From the IMG/VR virus record IMGVR_UViG_3300009100_000005: a stretch of 47,766 nucleotides of DNA. The stretch is one strand, 5' to 3'. This DNA is from a virus. A program made the position numbers and the translations under genes. How positions within the stretch are numbered: position 1 is the first letter of the stretch; each line of letters begins with the position of its first letter. This document shows positions 39,249-47,683 of this stretch, piece after piece. The notes below the pieces were generated by a model, which ran no database searches, was not told the origin of the DNA, and saw nothing but the letters and a program-made list of their open reading frames with translations.

Positions 39249-40295
39249 ATGCCGAACGTAAACTTCGAGCAATTGGCAACGACCACGTTGCGTCTGCACA
39301 GACCCGAACTTGCCGATAATATCACCGGCAAGAACGCGGCTATTGTTCAAATGAAACAGCGTGGTTTCGTTGAGGAAGAGGAAGGCGCTCTTTCCTACAA
39401 CGAACCCATCCTGTTTGACGAGAACAGTACAACTGGTTCCTATCGAGATTGGGACCCAATTGATCTGACTCCGCAAGACGGTATGACCAACGCTGAGTTC
39501 TTGATTGCTCAGCTTGCAGGATCTTTGATGATTTCTGGTCGTCAGGAGTTCATCAACAGCGGTAATCGTACCCGTATCATCAATCTTCTTACAGCCAAGA
39601 CGATGCAGCTTCAGAAGTCCCTGACTCTGCTCGTTAACCGTCAGTCCCACGGTGACGGTACTGGAAATAGCGGTAAAGACCTGACTGGCTTCGCTGCCCT
39701 AGTTGAGAGCGGTGCGGGTGGTCTGTGGTCTGTCGTTGGTGGCATTGACTCCCAAACTGATGTTTGGTGGAGGAATCAATGGCTAGACTTCGACGTTGCT
39801 TTGACCAGTGCTGCCGGTCTTTCCTTTGGTAACGTCCAAGATATGGCTGAGTTCCGCCGTTTCGTAACCACAATGGTTAACGCTGCGATGCGTAACTCTG
39901 AGCGTACTACGCTTCTTCTGTCAGACCAGATGGTTCACGAGTATATGGAATCCACCATTACTCAGAACGAACGGTATGTCAAAGAAGGTTCGATGGCTGA
40001 TGCTAATCTGGCTAACGCTGGATTCGTCAACATCTTCTTCAAAAACATTCCCTGGGTGATGGATGACGATATGCCTGGATTCTCTTTGGTTGCCGGTTCT
40101 GACAATCACGAAATCCTTGGTCTGAACAACGACTTTCTCCATCTTAAGATTGGTAAAGGCAAGAACTTCGTCGTGACTCCTTTCGTCCGTCCGCCTGACA
40201 AAGACGGTAAGGTTGCACAAGTCCTGTTCTACGCTAACTATACGATTGCGAATCGTCAGCGTCAGTTCAGAATTGATAACATTGACTTCGCATAA
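39249..40295 (+). CDS. putative major capsid protein
   Basis: 348-aa ORF following the scaffold-like gene; size, position and composition are typical of HK97-fold capsid proteins; not verified by homology. Confidence 0.65.
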   Translation: MPNVNFEQLATTTLRLHRPELADNITGKNAAIVQMKQRGFVEEEEGALSYNEPILFDENSTTGSYRDWDPIDLTPQDGMTNAEFLIAQLAGSLMISGRQEFINSGNRTRIINLLTAKTMQLQKSLTLLVNRQSHGDGTGNSGKDLTGFAALVESGAGGLWSVVGGIDSQTDVWWRNQWLDFDVALTSAAGLSFGNVQDMAEFRRFVTTMVNAAMRNSERTTLLLSDQMVHEYMESTITQNERYVKEGSMADANLANAGFVNIFFKNIPWVMDDDMPGFSLVAGSDNHEILGLNNDFLHLKIGKGKNFVVTPFVRPPDKDGKVAQVLFYANYTIANRQRQFRIDNIDFA

Positions 40296-40296
40296 A

Positions 40297-40311
40297 CTAA
40301 AGTTACTTTAG
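40297..40311. repeat. junction palindrome CTAAAGTTACTTTAG
   Basis: Exact; 1 nt after the capsid stop; 19 nt upstream of ATG 40331. Confidence 0.95.
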
Positions 40312-40330
40312 TTTGGAGAAAGGACAAGAA

Positions 40331-40909
40331 ATGGCTGGTACAACTAATATTCTCGATATTGATCGAGTGACTACTGCCCAAGAGCACGATCTTAGTACGA
40401 TTATGGATGACCCTAGAGGTAAATTTGGGGTCATCACTATCAATCGTGTCATTGCTGGTTCTGTAGTTACTGAAACAGTTCGCTATTCTCCTGGCGGACA
40501 GTTTATGTATGTGCAAGCAGGGTCTACCATTGTTGGTGCTGATGCGGCTGCTGGCGGTGATGCTTTAATGATAAGCAATGCCGGTTCCGATACGCTTAAG
40601 CCTGGACTGGTAATTCCTACTGCTGGCGTTACTGATGTTGTTGCAGGTATAGCTCGCGTATCTCAAGCAACCAGCTCCTTTGGCTGGATGCAAATCAGAG
40701 GTCGCGTATACAATTGTAAGGTGGCTGATGGTTTTGCCGAAGGTGATGCTTTGGGTGCCTCTGCTACTGCTGGAAGACTTGTACTTCTTACTGCTACCAC
40801 GCCAACAACTGCGGAAGTTATAGCGGCTATTCGTTTCGCTGCCGGTCGTCGCGCATTCGGTTTGGTGGATACTGGTGCTAACCTCGGTGACGTTAACCTT
40901 GCGGGGTAA
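40331..40909 (+). CDS. putative head decoration/accessory protein (Ala/Gly-rich)
   Basis: Track ORF trimmed to ATG 40331, 19 nt after motif 40297-40311 with a GGAG SD; positional inference. Confidence 0.45.
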   Translation: MAGTTNILDIDRVTTAQEHDLSTIMDDPRGKFGVITINRVIAGSVVTETVRYSPGGQFMYVQAGSTIVGADAAAGGDALMISNAGSDTLKPGLVIPTAGVTDVVAGIARVSQATSSFGWMQIRGRVYNCKVADGFAEGDALGASATAGRLVLLTATTPTTAEVIAAIRFAAGRRAFGLVDTGANLGDVNLAG

Positions 40910-40911
40910 TT

Positions 40912-41199
40912 ATGCAAAAGAAAAGTGTTGGTCAGCCTTTAGCTAAACAAGTAAAGGCTGACCAAGAATTTACGCTTGCAGATGATTATAGTGAAGAGTA
41001 TCTTGAAGCTAAAGTAACTTTAGTCGAAGAAGAGAAATACAATCTCGGAGAGGGTGAGGCCAAAGAATCAGTAGCTCTTGCAAAGCCGTATAGCAGGAAG
41101 AAACAGCATAAGCTTGTTAATCAAGATTCTGTTGAAGAAATCCTTCCTACGGCATACCAACCGGGATTACTTGTTAGGAGATTAAAGAAAAATGCCTAG
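40912..41199 (+). CDS. hypothetical protein
   Basis: 95-aa ORF; internal motif at 41009. Confidence 0.55.
   Translation: MQKKSVGQPLAKQVKADQEFTLADDYSEEYLEAKVTLVEEEKYNLGEGEAKESVALAKPYSRKKQHKLVNQDSVEEILPTAYQPGLLVRRLKKNA
41009..41023. repeat. junction palindrome CTAAAGTAACTTTAG
   Basis: Exact; inside 40912-41199. Confidence 0.95.
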
Positions 41200-41737
41200 A
41201 CGGATGCAACTTGGCGTTGAGCCTGATATAGAACTCGATGAAACGTTAGGGCAAGGTAGGGGCACTGCTGCTCCTACCTTAGCTGATATGCAAGATGTTC
41301 AAGGCTTCGCTCTTGATGAAGACGACGAGGGAGTGGAACTAGATCCGACTCCTAGATTGGACGCCTTGTTCACGCAAGATGATATTAACTTTCTTCAGGA
41401 AAGCCGACAAGCCCCTGGCTTCTCTTATGATAGCATACTGCAACCAGAGCCAGTACAAGAGGAAGCGGAGTTTAAGGCTAAGAATATCAAAGTAAATCAT
41501 CTGCTCGTAATTAGGAAACCAATTAAGGTTACACCTAGTATGTGCAGAGCGGTTGGTTGCAACTATGATTCTGCCGTTAGCAATGGGTTTCCTGCTGGAT
41601 GGGAGTCTGTGCCAAAAGCTAGACGCCATATCTTTACCGAATTGGTGAAGCAGCATACTACTAAGTACCACAGCGGTATAGAATCCCATATCATCAAGCA
41701 GAATCAGTTGCCGAAACATTGGCTGCATAAAAGCTAG
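41192..41737 (+). CDS. hypothetical protein
   Basis: 181-aa ORF overlapping the upstream gene by 8 nt. Confidence 0.55.
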   Translation: MPRRMQLGVEPDIELDETLGQGRGTAAPTLADMQDVQGFALDEDDEGVELDPTPRLDALFTQDDINFLQESRQAPGFSYDSILQPEPVQEEAEFKAKNIKVNHLLVIRKPIKVTPSMCRAVGCNYDSAVSNGFPAGWESVPKARRHIFTELVKQHTTKYHSGIESHIIKQNQLPKHWLHKS

Positions 41738-41745
41738 AGTAATCG

Positions 41746-41760
41746 CTAAAGTTACTTTAG
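41746..41760. repeat. junction palindrome CTAAAGTTACTTTAG
   Basis: Exact; 21 nt upstream of ATG 41782. Confidence 0.95.
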
Positions 41761-41781
41761 CTCGATAACTCTAGGGGTTTT

Positions 41782-42468
41782 ATGACCGTCAATCAGTTAG
41801 CTCAGATTTTGGTTCGTGAGCAAGCCGAGAAGCAGAGCGATGCCAATTTTATCTCAATGGTTGAAAATTGGATCGCTTCTGCTCTCAAGGTAATTGCTCT
41901 TAAATCGAACTGGAAATTCTTCAAGAAAGAATTTTCTTTTGCTACCGTTGCGCTTCAGCAAGAATATAACCTGCCAGAGGAAGCGCGACAAGTAATATGG
42001 CTTCAGATTGCAAACACAGATACTAAGCTTATTTATCGAGATAAGCGAAAGCAGGCTGAACTTAGAGTTGACTTTGAACAGCAAGGTACTCCTAAGTTCT
42101 GGTCTTATGCTGACAACATCGTCGTTGCAACTAATCCTCTGAGGCGTATTTCTGTACAGCCTATTCCACCTTCGATAATTACCATCATCGGAGAATATTA
42201 TTTCCATCCTGTCAACATCGGTTCTTCTTATGAGATTCCGTTGGATGAAAGCTTTGACGAGATTATCCAATGTTATGTCAGATCGAAGATGATGAAGGTA
42301 GACAAGAACTATGCAGGTGCATCTATCGAGATGCAAGACTTCAATGGTTTATTGGCTACCGCTATTATGATGGAGAGACAGAAGCCAGCTGAAGAACCAG
42401 TAAATGAACCTACTGATATTCCATCGGCTAGGATGTATAACCACAGACTAAGATACACCTGGGAGTAA
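41782..42468 (+). CDS. putative head-tail adaptor/tail tubular protein
   Basis: 228-aa ORF in the position of podovirus adaptor/tubular genes; motif 41746 lies upstream. Confidence 0.45.
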   Translation: MTVNQLAQILVREQAEKQSDANFISMVENWIASALKVIALKSNWKFFKKEFSFATVALQQEYNLPEEARQVIWLQIANTDTKLIYRDKRKQAELRVDFEQQGTPKFWSYADNIVVATNPLRRISVQPIPPSIITIIGEYYFHPVNIGSSYEIPLDESFDEIIQCYVRSKMMKVDKNYAGASIEMQDFNGLLATAIMMERQKPAEEPVNEPTDIPSARMYNHRLRYTWE

Positions 42469-42469
42469 T

Positions 42470-42772
42470 ATGGCATTTGGATCAGGCAACTTAAACCTCG
42501 TTGACAGCGACGGAGCTAAGCATCTCGATCAGATCATAACTCCAACAGGATCATCGTTTACATACGTTAAGATTAGCGCTATTAAGATTGGTGCCAAAGA
42601 TGCTGGTGCAATCGTAGTAGGCGCTACTGGTCTAACAGGATCTAACTACGGATATGCTATTAAAGTGGGAGAAAGCTTGGAACTTATATTCCAAACTGCT
42701 GTCGCTGCTGCTCAGATATTCGTAAGAAATCCTGATACGACTTCGGTTAAGGTGGCAGTAATCGGGGGCTAA
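42470..42772 (+). CDS. hypothetical protein
   Basis: 100-aa ORF with a GGGAG SD; stop lies in motif 42769. Confidence 0.55.
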   Translation: MAFGSGNLNLVDSDGAKHLDQIITPTGSSFTYVKISAIKIGAKDAGAIVVGATGLTGSNYGYAIKVGESLELIFQTAVAAAQIFVRNPDTTSVKVAVIGG

Positions 42773-42783
42773 AGTAACTTTAG
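42769..42783. repeat. junction palindrome CTAAAGTAACTTTAG
   Basis: Exact; holds the upstream stop; 2 nt upstream of ATG 42786. Confidence 0.95.
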
Positions 42784-42785
42784 TT

Positions 42786-44474
42786 ATGGCATTCACTCAA
42801 ATAGAAGACATCAGATTGACTCCATTTAGCCAGCAGAAGTTTTCTGGTGGGATCAATACTTCTACGCCTGCTCCCACTATAGAAGACGATGAGGTAGTTG
42901 ATCAGCTAAACTTGATGCTGGATCAAGGCGATAACTTAGTTACAAGATCGGGTGTTTCTGGCGCTGGTGGTGCTTCTCTTTGGGGTAGTGCTATTTGGGG
43001 TACAAGTCTTTGGAGTAATACCACGTATACTCAGCGCATAACGAGTATGCTCAACTTCCAGAATGAGTCTGGATTCGTTGGTGTTCTCTATACTACTGGA
43101 ACCAAGCTCATTTCAAGGGCGTTAAATGGTAACATAACCGATATAACTGGTAGCTTGACATTACCCGACGATGTATTTTGGCAATGGCAGATAATGAACG
43201 GTATTGCTGTTGGAGTTAATAAGGCTACTTCTGGAAGCAATCCCGTTAAGGTTGTTGGGCCTGCTCCCGGTACTGCTTCAGCATTGGGTGGCAGTCCACC
43301 AAGAGCTAAATATGTTACTTTGTGGAATAGCAGGTTATGGATTGTGCGTGCTGACCAACCAAATCAGATTCAATGTTCTGATCTTGGTAATCCTGAATCG
43401 TGGAACACCGACGGTGGTGCAATTACTTCTCACGGTGCGATCTTTGACAGAGACACAGATGACGGAGATGTAATAACCGGCATTCACGCAACTAGGAAAA
43501 GATTGTTTGTCTTTAAGCGCAGATCAATTCACGTTGCGATAATGGTAAGCGAACCAGTAACTAATTTGAATTTTATCCATTGGGATTTATACTCGGATCA
43601 AATTGGTTGCGTTGCTCCTTATACAATTAAGACGGTAGCGAATGATGTTCTATTCCTTTCCGAGACTGGTGTTGCCAGCTTATCGGCTGTGGAGACTGTG
43701 GCAGATTTCGAGGAATCATTGCTTAGCCGTAAAGTTAGAGATATTTCCTTGATTAGTAAGAACGTTGAGGAAATTTCGGCTGGTGTGTTTGATGATGTTA
43801 CTCAGTATTGGCTATCTATTCCTCAAGTAGCTTCACCTGTAGGCAGGAACATTACATATGTTATGGACTACAGACGAATCTTTGAGAATAAAATTCGCTG
43901 GACTACTTTCGACGGTGGTGCCTGGGGTACTTGCTTTGAGAAGGTTCGCAATGGCAATAACATTGAATATCTTATTGGTGGACAGGATGGTACGGATTTC
44001 TATGTTGGTACATACAAACCGCTTGCCGTTGATAAGATTTATTCAGATGGATCAAAAGCTTATCGTAAGTATTTCAGGACTAAGGCATATGACTTCTCGA
44101 TGCCGAATATTAGGAAGGAATACTTTGAATGGACTATCATATTCTTGATTCGTACTGTTAGTTGTTCTATAGCTGTCAATTACTATTTCGATGATGAACA
44201 ATCAGAGGCTAACGGTAATTATTCGTTCAATTACTCGATTAACGTGACTGGTACGTTGTGGGACCAAGCGCAATGGGATGATGGCGTATACGATCTGACA
44301 TCGAAACCAATTCGTAAGGTAGCACGGAAAGGATTTCTGTTTAATGATGATGGCAGGAAGGCAACTTCCGTGGCATTTGATGTTTTGAATGCGCAATTAG
44401 ATCAAGCTTTTGAAGTGCTTAACTTGTCGGTATACTACTTGCCATTGACATCGGATCTTACGGGAATTGACTAA
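42786..44474 (+). CDS. putative tail (nozzle/tubular) protein
   Basis: 562-aa ORF between the adaptor-like and fibre genes; ATG 2 nt after motif 42769-42783; contains a motif relic at 43306. Confidence 0.5.
   Translation: MAFTQIEDIRLTPFSQQKFSGGINTSTPAPTIEDDEVVDQLNLMLDQGDNLVTRSGVSGAGGASLWGSAIWGTSLWSNTTYTQRITSMLNFQNESGFVGVLYTTGTKLISRALNGNITDITGSLTLPDDVFWQWQIMNGIAVGVNKATSGSNPVKVVGPAPGTASALGGSPPRAKYVTLWNSRLWIVRADQPNQIQCSDLGNPESWNTDGGAITSHGAIFDRDTDDGDVITGIHATRKRLFVFKRRSIHVAIMVSEPVTNLNFIHWDLYSDQIGCVAPYTIKTVANDVLFLSETGVASLSAVETVADFEESLLSRKVRDISLISKNVEEISAGVFDDVTQYWLSIPQVASPVGRNITYVMDYRRIFENKIRWTTFDGGAWGTCFEKVRNGNNIEYLIGGQDGTDFYVGTYKPLAVDKIYSDGSKAYRKYFRTKAYDFSMPNIRKEYFEWTIIFLIRTVSCSIAVNYYFDDEQSEANGNYSFNYSINVTGTLWDQAQWDDGVYDLTSKPIRKVARKGFLFNDDGRKATSVAFDVLNAQLDQAFEVLNLSVYYLPLTSDLTGID
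43306..43322. repeat. motif relic CTAAA-TAT-GTTACTTTG
   Basis: Looks like a copy split by a 3-nt insertion (read as AKYVTLW) inside 42786-44474. Confidence 0.4.
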
Positions 44475-44485
44475 AGTTACTTTAG
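44471..44485. repeat. junction palindrome CTAAAGTTACTTTAG
   Basis: Exact; holds the stop of 42786-44474; fused GGAGG, 9 nt upstream of ATG 44495. Confidence 0.95.
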
Positions 44486-44494
44486 GAGGAAAAT

Positions 44495-44629
44495 ATGCCA
44501 AAAGGTGATCCGGCAGGATATTTGCCAAATGTGAAGAAGTCGAGAAAGAAAGCAACAAAGAAGAAAAAAGGGAAGAAGAATTTATCCTCTGTAAGAGAGA
44601 AGTTCGTTAAGACTGCAATGGGTTACTAA
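44495..44629 (+). CDS. small highly basic protein (44 aa, below track cutoff)
   Basis: My translation is MPKGDPAGYLPNVKKSRKKATKKKKGKKNLSSVREKFVKTAMGY; bracketed by motifs 44471 (fused GGAGG SD) and 44626 (supplies the stop). Confidence 0.4.
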   Translation: MPKGDPAGYLPNVKKSRKKATKKKKGKKNLSSVREKFVKTAMGY

Positions 44630-44640
44630 AGTAACTTTAG
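44626..44640. repeat. junction palindrome CTAAAGTAACTTTAG
   Basis: Exact; fused AGGAG, 8 nt upstream of ATG 44649. Confidence 0.95.
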
Positions 44641-44648
44641 GAGAATAT

Positions 44649-45398
44649 ATGTCATTACCAGCAAGAATTACCGACTTCCAGCCATTGGCTACGATTTTGA
44701 GTAGCGAGGTTGATAGCGAATTTAATAATCTGGTCAATATCTTGAATGGTACTGACCAGACTAAAAACATTCGTGTACGCAGCAACGATAACTCTTTTGC
44801 TGTAGCTAGATTCGATCAACTTGCATCAAGTGCCAATATCTTAGAGTTTTTTTCTGGCGGCGTTGAGGTCGGTAGAGTAGAGAAAGATGGCGATCTAGTC
44901 TGTCTTGGATTATCTGGTGCTGCTGGCATATACACGTTCAGTAGTATTCCTGTTGGTCCAAGTTCTAACCCTACTACCGATAATCAATTCGCCAGAAAGA
45001 AGTATGTTGATGACAAGATTGCTCCTTTTGTTATTACATATAAGATTGACGATCCTTCGACTTTCGGAATAAATGACAACGTTGTATTGCCATTTGTGAG
45101 AATACCTGCGATTACAGGTGGTTTCATAAATAAAATACATATTTGGTATCAATCTGGAAGTCATACTTCGGGGGGAAGCGTTACCTTTAAGCCTAGTATT
45201 TCAGGCGTTGGCAACATTGGTAGTGGCGTCTCGTTCAACAATAGCAACGCTACTATATTCACTGTATATACTGACGACTTTACCGATCAGTCTATATCGG
45301 AAGGTAGTATGCTAAATGCAGTTATAAGTGCCAGGAGTGGAGTTATAACAGAAAGAGATGTCTCTATTAACATAGAAGGATTTAGGAAACTATCTTAA
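44649..45398 (+). CDS. tail fibre/receptor-binding protein 1
   Basis: Its N-terminal roughly 40 aa are paralogous to 45936-46688 (ITDFQPLATILSSEVDSEFNNLVNILNGTD vs LNDFVAGTLILDSQVDSEFNQLVGALNGTD); divergent C-terminus. Confidence 0.55.
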   Translation: MSLPARITDFQPLATILSSEVDSEFNNLVNILNGTDQTKNIRVRSNDNSFAVARFDQLASSANILEFFSGGVEVGRVEKDGDLVCLGLSGAAGIYTFSSIPVGPSSNPTTDNQFARKKYVDDKIAPFVITYKIDDPSTFGINDNVVLPFVRIPAITGGFINKIHIWYQSGSHTSGGSVTFKPSISGVGNIGSGVSFNNSNATIFTVYTDDFTDQSISEGSMLNAVISARSGVITERDVSINIEGFRKLS

Positions 45399-45399
45399 T

Positions 45400-45897
45400 A
45401 TGATTACTGTAAATCCAACTTCAAATCAATCTCCCGATGCTACTCTAGGTGGATTGGCAGTAACTACGCCTAGCAATACGGGGCACGCTCTAACGCAAAC
45501 TGTATCTAACGATGGCGGTTCTACCACTAAGACTATAAGATGGTTTAGTTTTCCTGTAGTGAATGGAACTAAGAAACTGGTTACACTCAAGATAGATCAC
45601 AATACTGAAGGTGTATTGGTAGGCGGTGGCGCTCTCAATGACTATCTTTTGGAACACAGTACCAATGGTGGAAGCTCTTGGTCAACTACTGTACACAGAG
45701 CCAATCTTACTAGCCAAGTAGTAGCAACAGTATCTGTACCTTTATCTGTTGGGCAAGACATATCGCAAGTTCAAGTTCGAGAAACTAACTTTGCATTTAC
45801 GGTGGACCCTGGAGAATCAGCACAAGTTGCTTCGACTACATCGAACGTTAGAGTTGAGATTGAGTTTGTGAATCAAGCGATAATAGTTATGATGTAG
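45400..45897 (+). CDS. hypothetical protein (Ser/Thr/Gly-rich, possible fibre accessory)
   Basis: 165-aa ORF starting 2 nt after the upstream stop. Confidence 0.5.
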   Translation: MITVNPTSNQSPDATLGGLAVTTPSNTGHALTQTVSNDGGSTTKTIRWFSFPVVNGTKKLVTLKIDHNTEGVLVGGGALNDYLLEHSTNGGSSWSTTVHRANLTSQVVATVSVPLSVGQDISQVQVRETNFAFTVDPGESAQVASTTSNVRVEIEFVNQAIIVMM

Positions 45898-45909
45898 TAC
45901 GGTAATTAA

Positions 45910-45924
45910 CTAAAGTAACTTTAG
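45910..45924. repeat. junction palindrome CTAAAGTAACTTTAG
   Basis: Exact; fused AGGAG, 11 nt upstream of ATG 45936. Confidence 0.95.
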
Positions 45925-45935
45925 GAGAAAATACA

Positions 45936-46688
45936 ATGGCACTTGCTAGACTAAATGATTTCGTTGCCGGAACTCTTATCTTAGATTCGCAGGTAGACTC
46001 CGAGTTCAACCAACTTGTTGGAGCACTTAATGGTACAGACTCGATTGAAATATTGCATAAGTTCTCCCACGCGACTACTCCCGTTATAAACGCAAATCAA
46101 CTCAATACTGCCGTAACTGCCCTGATTGTAAAAGGTCAACAGAACTCAGTAGATACCTTTAAAATCAAAGCTAATGGGTACATTGTTGGCTATCCTAAGA
46201 CTATTAACTCGGCTTTGCCTAGCGTTGGCAATGTTGGTGCTGGTGTTGATACATTGTTATCGTATGATATTCCCATAAATAGTCTAGCAGCTGATCTGGA
46301 TTACTTTGAAGCTGAATTTGGTGGCATTTTTGCTACTAATAACAACGACAAGAGGGTTGTAATCAGTATTGGTGGGGTCACGTTTGAAGACACAGGCGTA
46401 ATAGACATAGACGGTCTTGCTTGGAATTTTAGGGTGAAAGGGATAAGAGCAAGCTCTACTTCTTTGATTTTAAATGGTTGTTTTGAGGGAGCATTATTGC
46501 AAACGGATAGCGCAGGTACTAACGCTGCTACAGGGATAGGCGGTAGATTTGATGCCAGAGTTTCTAATCCTACTGGTTTAGCTAACCTTGGTTCCAACGT
46601 ATTAAATCTACTTGTTCAGGCAGAAGGCGTTGCCGACAACGATATAACTATCAGATCGGTCAAGGTTGCTGTTTGCCAGATGAGCTAA
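45936..46688 (+). CDS. tail fibre/receptor-binding protein 2
   Basis: Shares its N-terminal module with 44649-45398; motif 45910 lies upstream with a fused AGGAG; stop lies in motif 46685. Confidence 0.55.
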   Translation: MALARLNDFVAGTLILDSQVDSEFNQLVGALNGTDSIEILHKFSHATTPVINANQLNTAVTALIVKGQQNSVDTFKIKANGYIVGYPKTINSALPSVGNVGAGVDTLLSYDIPINSLAADLDYFEAEFGGIFATNNNDKRVVISIGGVTFEDTGVIDIDGLAWNFRVKGIRASSTSLILNGCFEGALLQTDSAGTNAATGIGGRFDARVSNPTGLANLGSNVLNLLVQAEGVADNDITIRSVKVAVCQMS

Positions 46689-46699
46689 AGTAACTTTAG
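46685..46699. repeat. junction palindrome CTAAAGTAACTTTAG
   Basis: Exact; holds the stop of 45936-46688; fused GGAGG, 9 nt upstream of ATG 46709. Confidence 0.95.
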
Positions 46700-46708
46700 G
46701 AGGAAATT

Positions 46709-47683
46709 ATGGCGTTGAATGCCTTTCAAACAGAAGTCCAAAAGCTTGCCAAAAAGCTAGGACTGCAAGGCTCTGACGAACAGAGAGTTTACGCCAGTCC
46801 TGAGTATAGCCAATTGGTCGGCAAGTATTTTGGCCAGATTGACTTACCGGCAGGAGTTACCGAAGATATGGTAACTTTCAGAACTCCTTTCGGTATTGAG
46901 TATAAAGATCAATATGGCTACATCCATAAGCTCGAAAGGAATATGGATGCCAGATCGCCACAACTTGGTCAAGTTAATGAGAAGACTACTGATCGCCCTG
47001 CCATACTCCCACTAGAGAAGACAAACCCTGGGATAGCAGAAGCGATGAAGCTTTTGACTGAGAGAACATCTCAGCCTATGTCGTCAGGATTGCCTAAGCT
47101 TGATCCAGATACTCTGGCAGAATTGCAAGCTATAGCTAAGGGCAATCAAGATCAGCTTGACCAGTTGTTCGAGAGGGGCAGAGGCGATCTGATTACTGGT
47201 TTGTATGGTAGTGGCAATAACCGTTCTACTCTGGCTAATGATGCTTCTGCTAGGTTACTGCAAGAACAAGGTATAGTTCAATCTGATAAACTTGGTAAGG
47301 ATGCCGAAAGAGAATTGGCAGCTAGGGCAGGATCGAGAGATGCAGCAATAAACTTGAGAGGTCAAGATATTCAATACTTGATGGGATTGCTTGGTCAAGA
47401 TACTGCTCGTGCTGTTCCTTCTGCTCAATTGTCTCAACAGCAATCTGAATTGAGAGAGAACTCAAGACAGTTCGATTTACAATATTTGTTAGAGCAAGAG
47501 AAGATGAAGCAGCAACAGCGTAGTGGTCTTATGAGTGCATTGGCTGGAATTGCTAGTGCTGGTCTATCGTTGATACCGGGTGTTGGTCCAATCTTAGGTG
47601 CTGCTTCTAGCTCTATCTTTGGTGGATTAACCGGAGGAAAAGCCGGACGACCGCCAGTAGGTGGCGATGGTGGGTACGGCTAA
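46709..47683 (+). CDS. hypothetical protein with Gly-rich hydrophobic C-terminus; putative internal virion protein
   Basis: 324-aa ORF; ATG 9 nt after motif 46685-46699 with GGAGG; the C-terminal SGLMSALAGIASAGLSLIPGVGPILGAASS segment runs into the terminal overlap. Confidence 0.65.
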   Translation: MALNAFQTEVQKLAKKLGLQGSDEQRVYASPEYSQLVGKYFGQIDLPAGVTEDMVTFRTPFGIEYKDQYGYIHKLERNMDARSPQLGQVNEKTTDRPAILPLEKTNPGIAEAMKLLTERTSQPMSSGLPKLDPDTLAELQAIAKGNQDQLDQLFERGRGDLITGLYGSGNNRSTLANDASARLLQEQGIVQSDKLGKDAERELAARAGSRDAAINLRGQDIQYLMGLLGQDTARAVPSAQLSQQQSELRENSRQFDLQYLLEQEKMKQQQRSGLMSALAGIASAGLSLIPGVGPILGAASSSIFGGLTGGKAGRPPVGGDGGYG

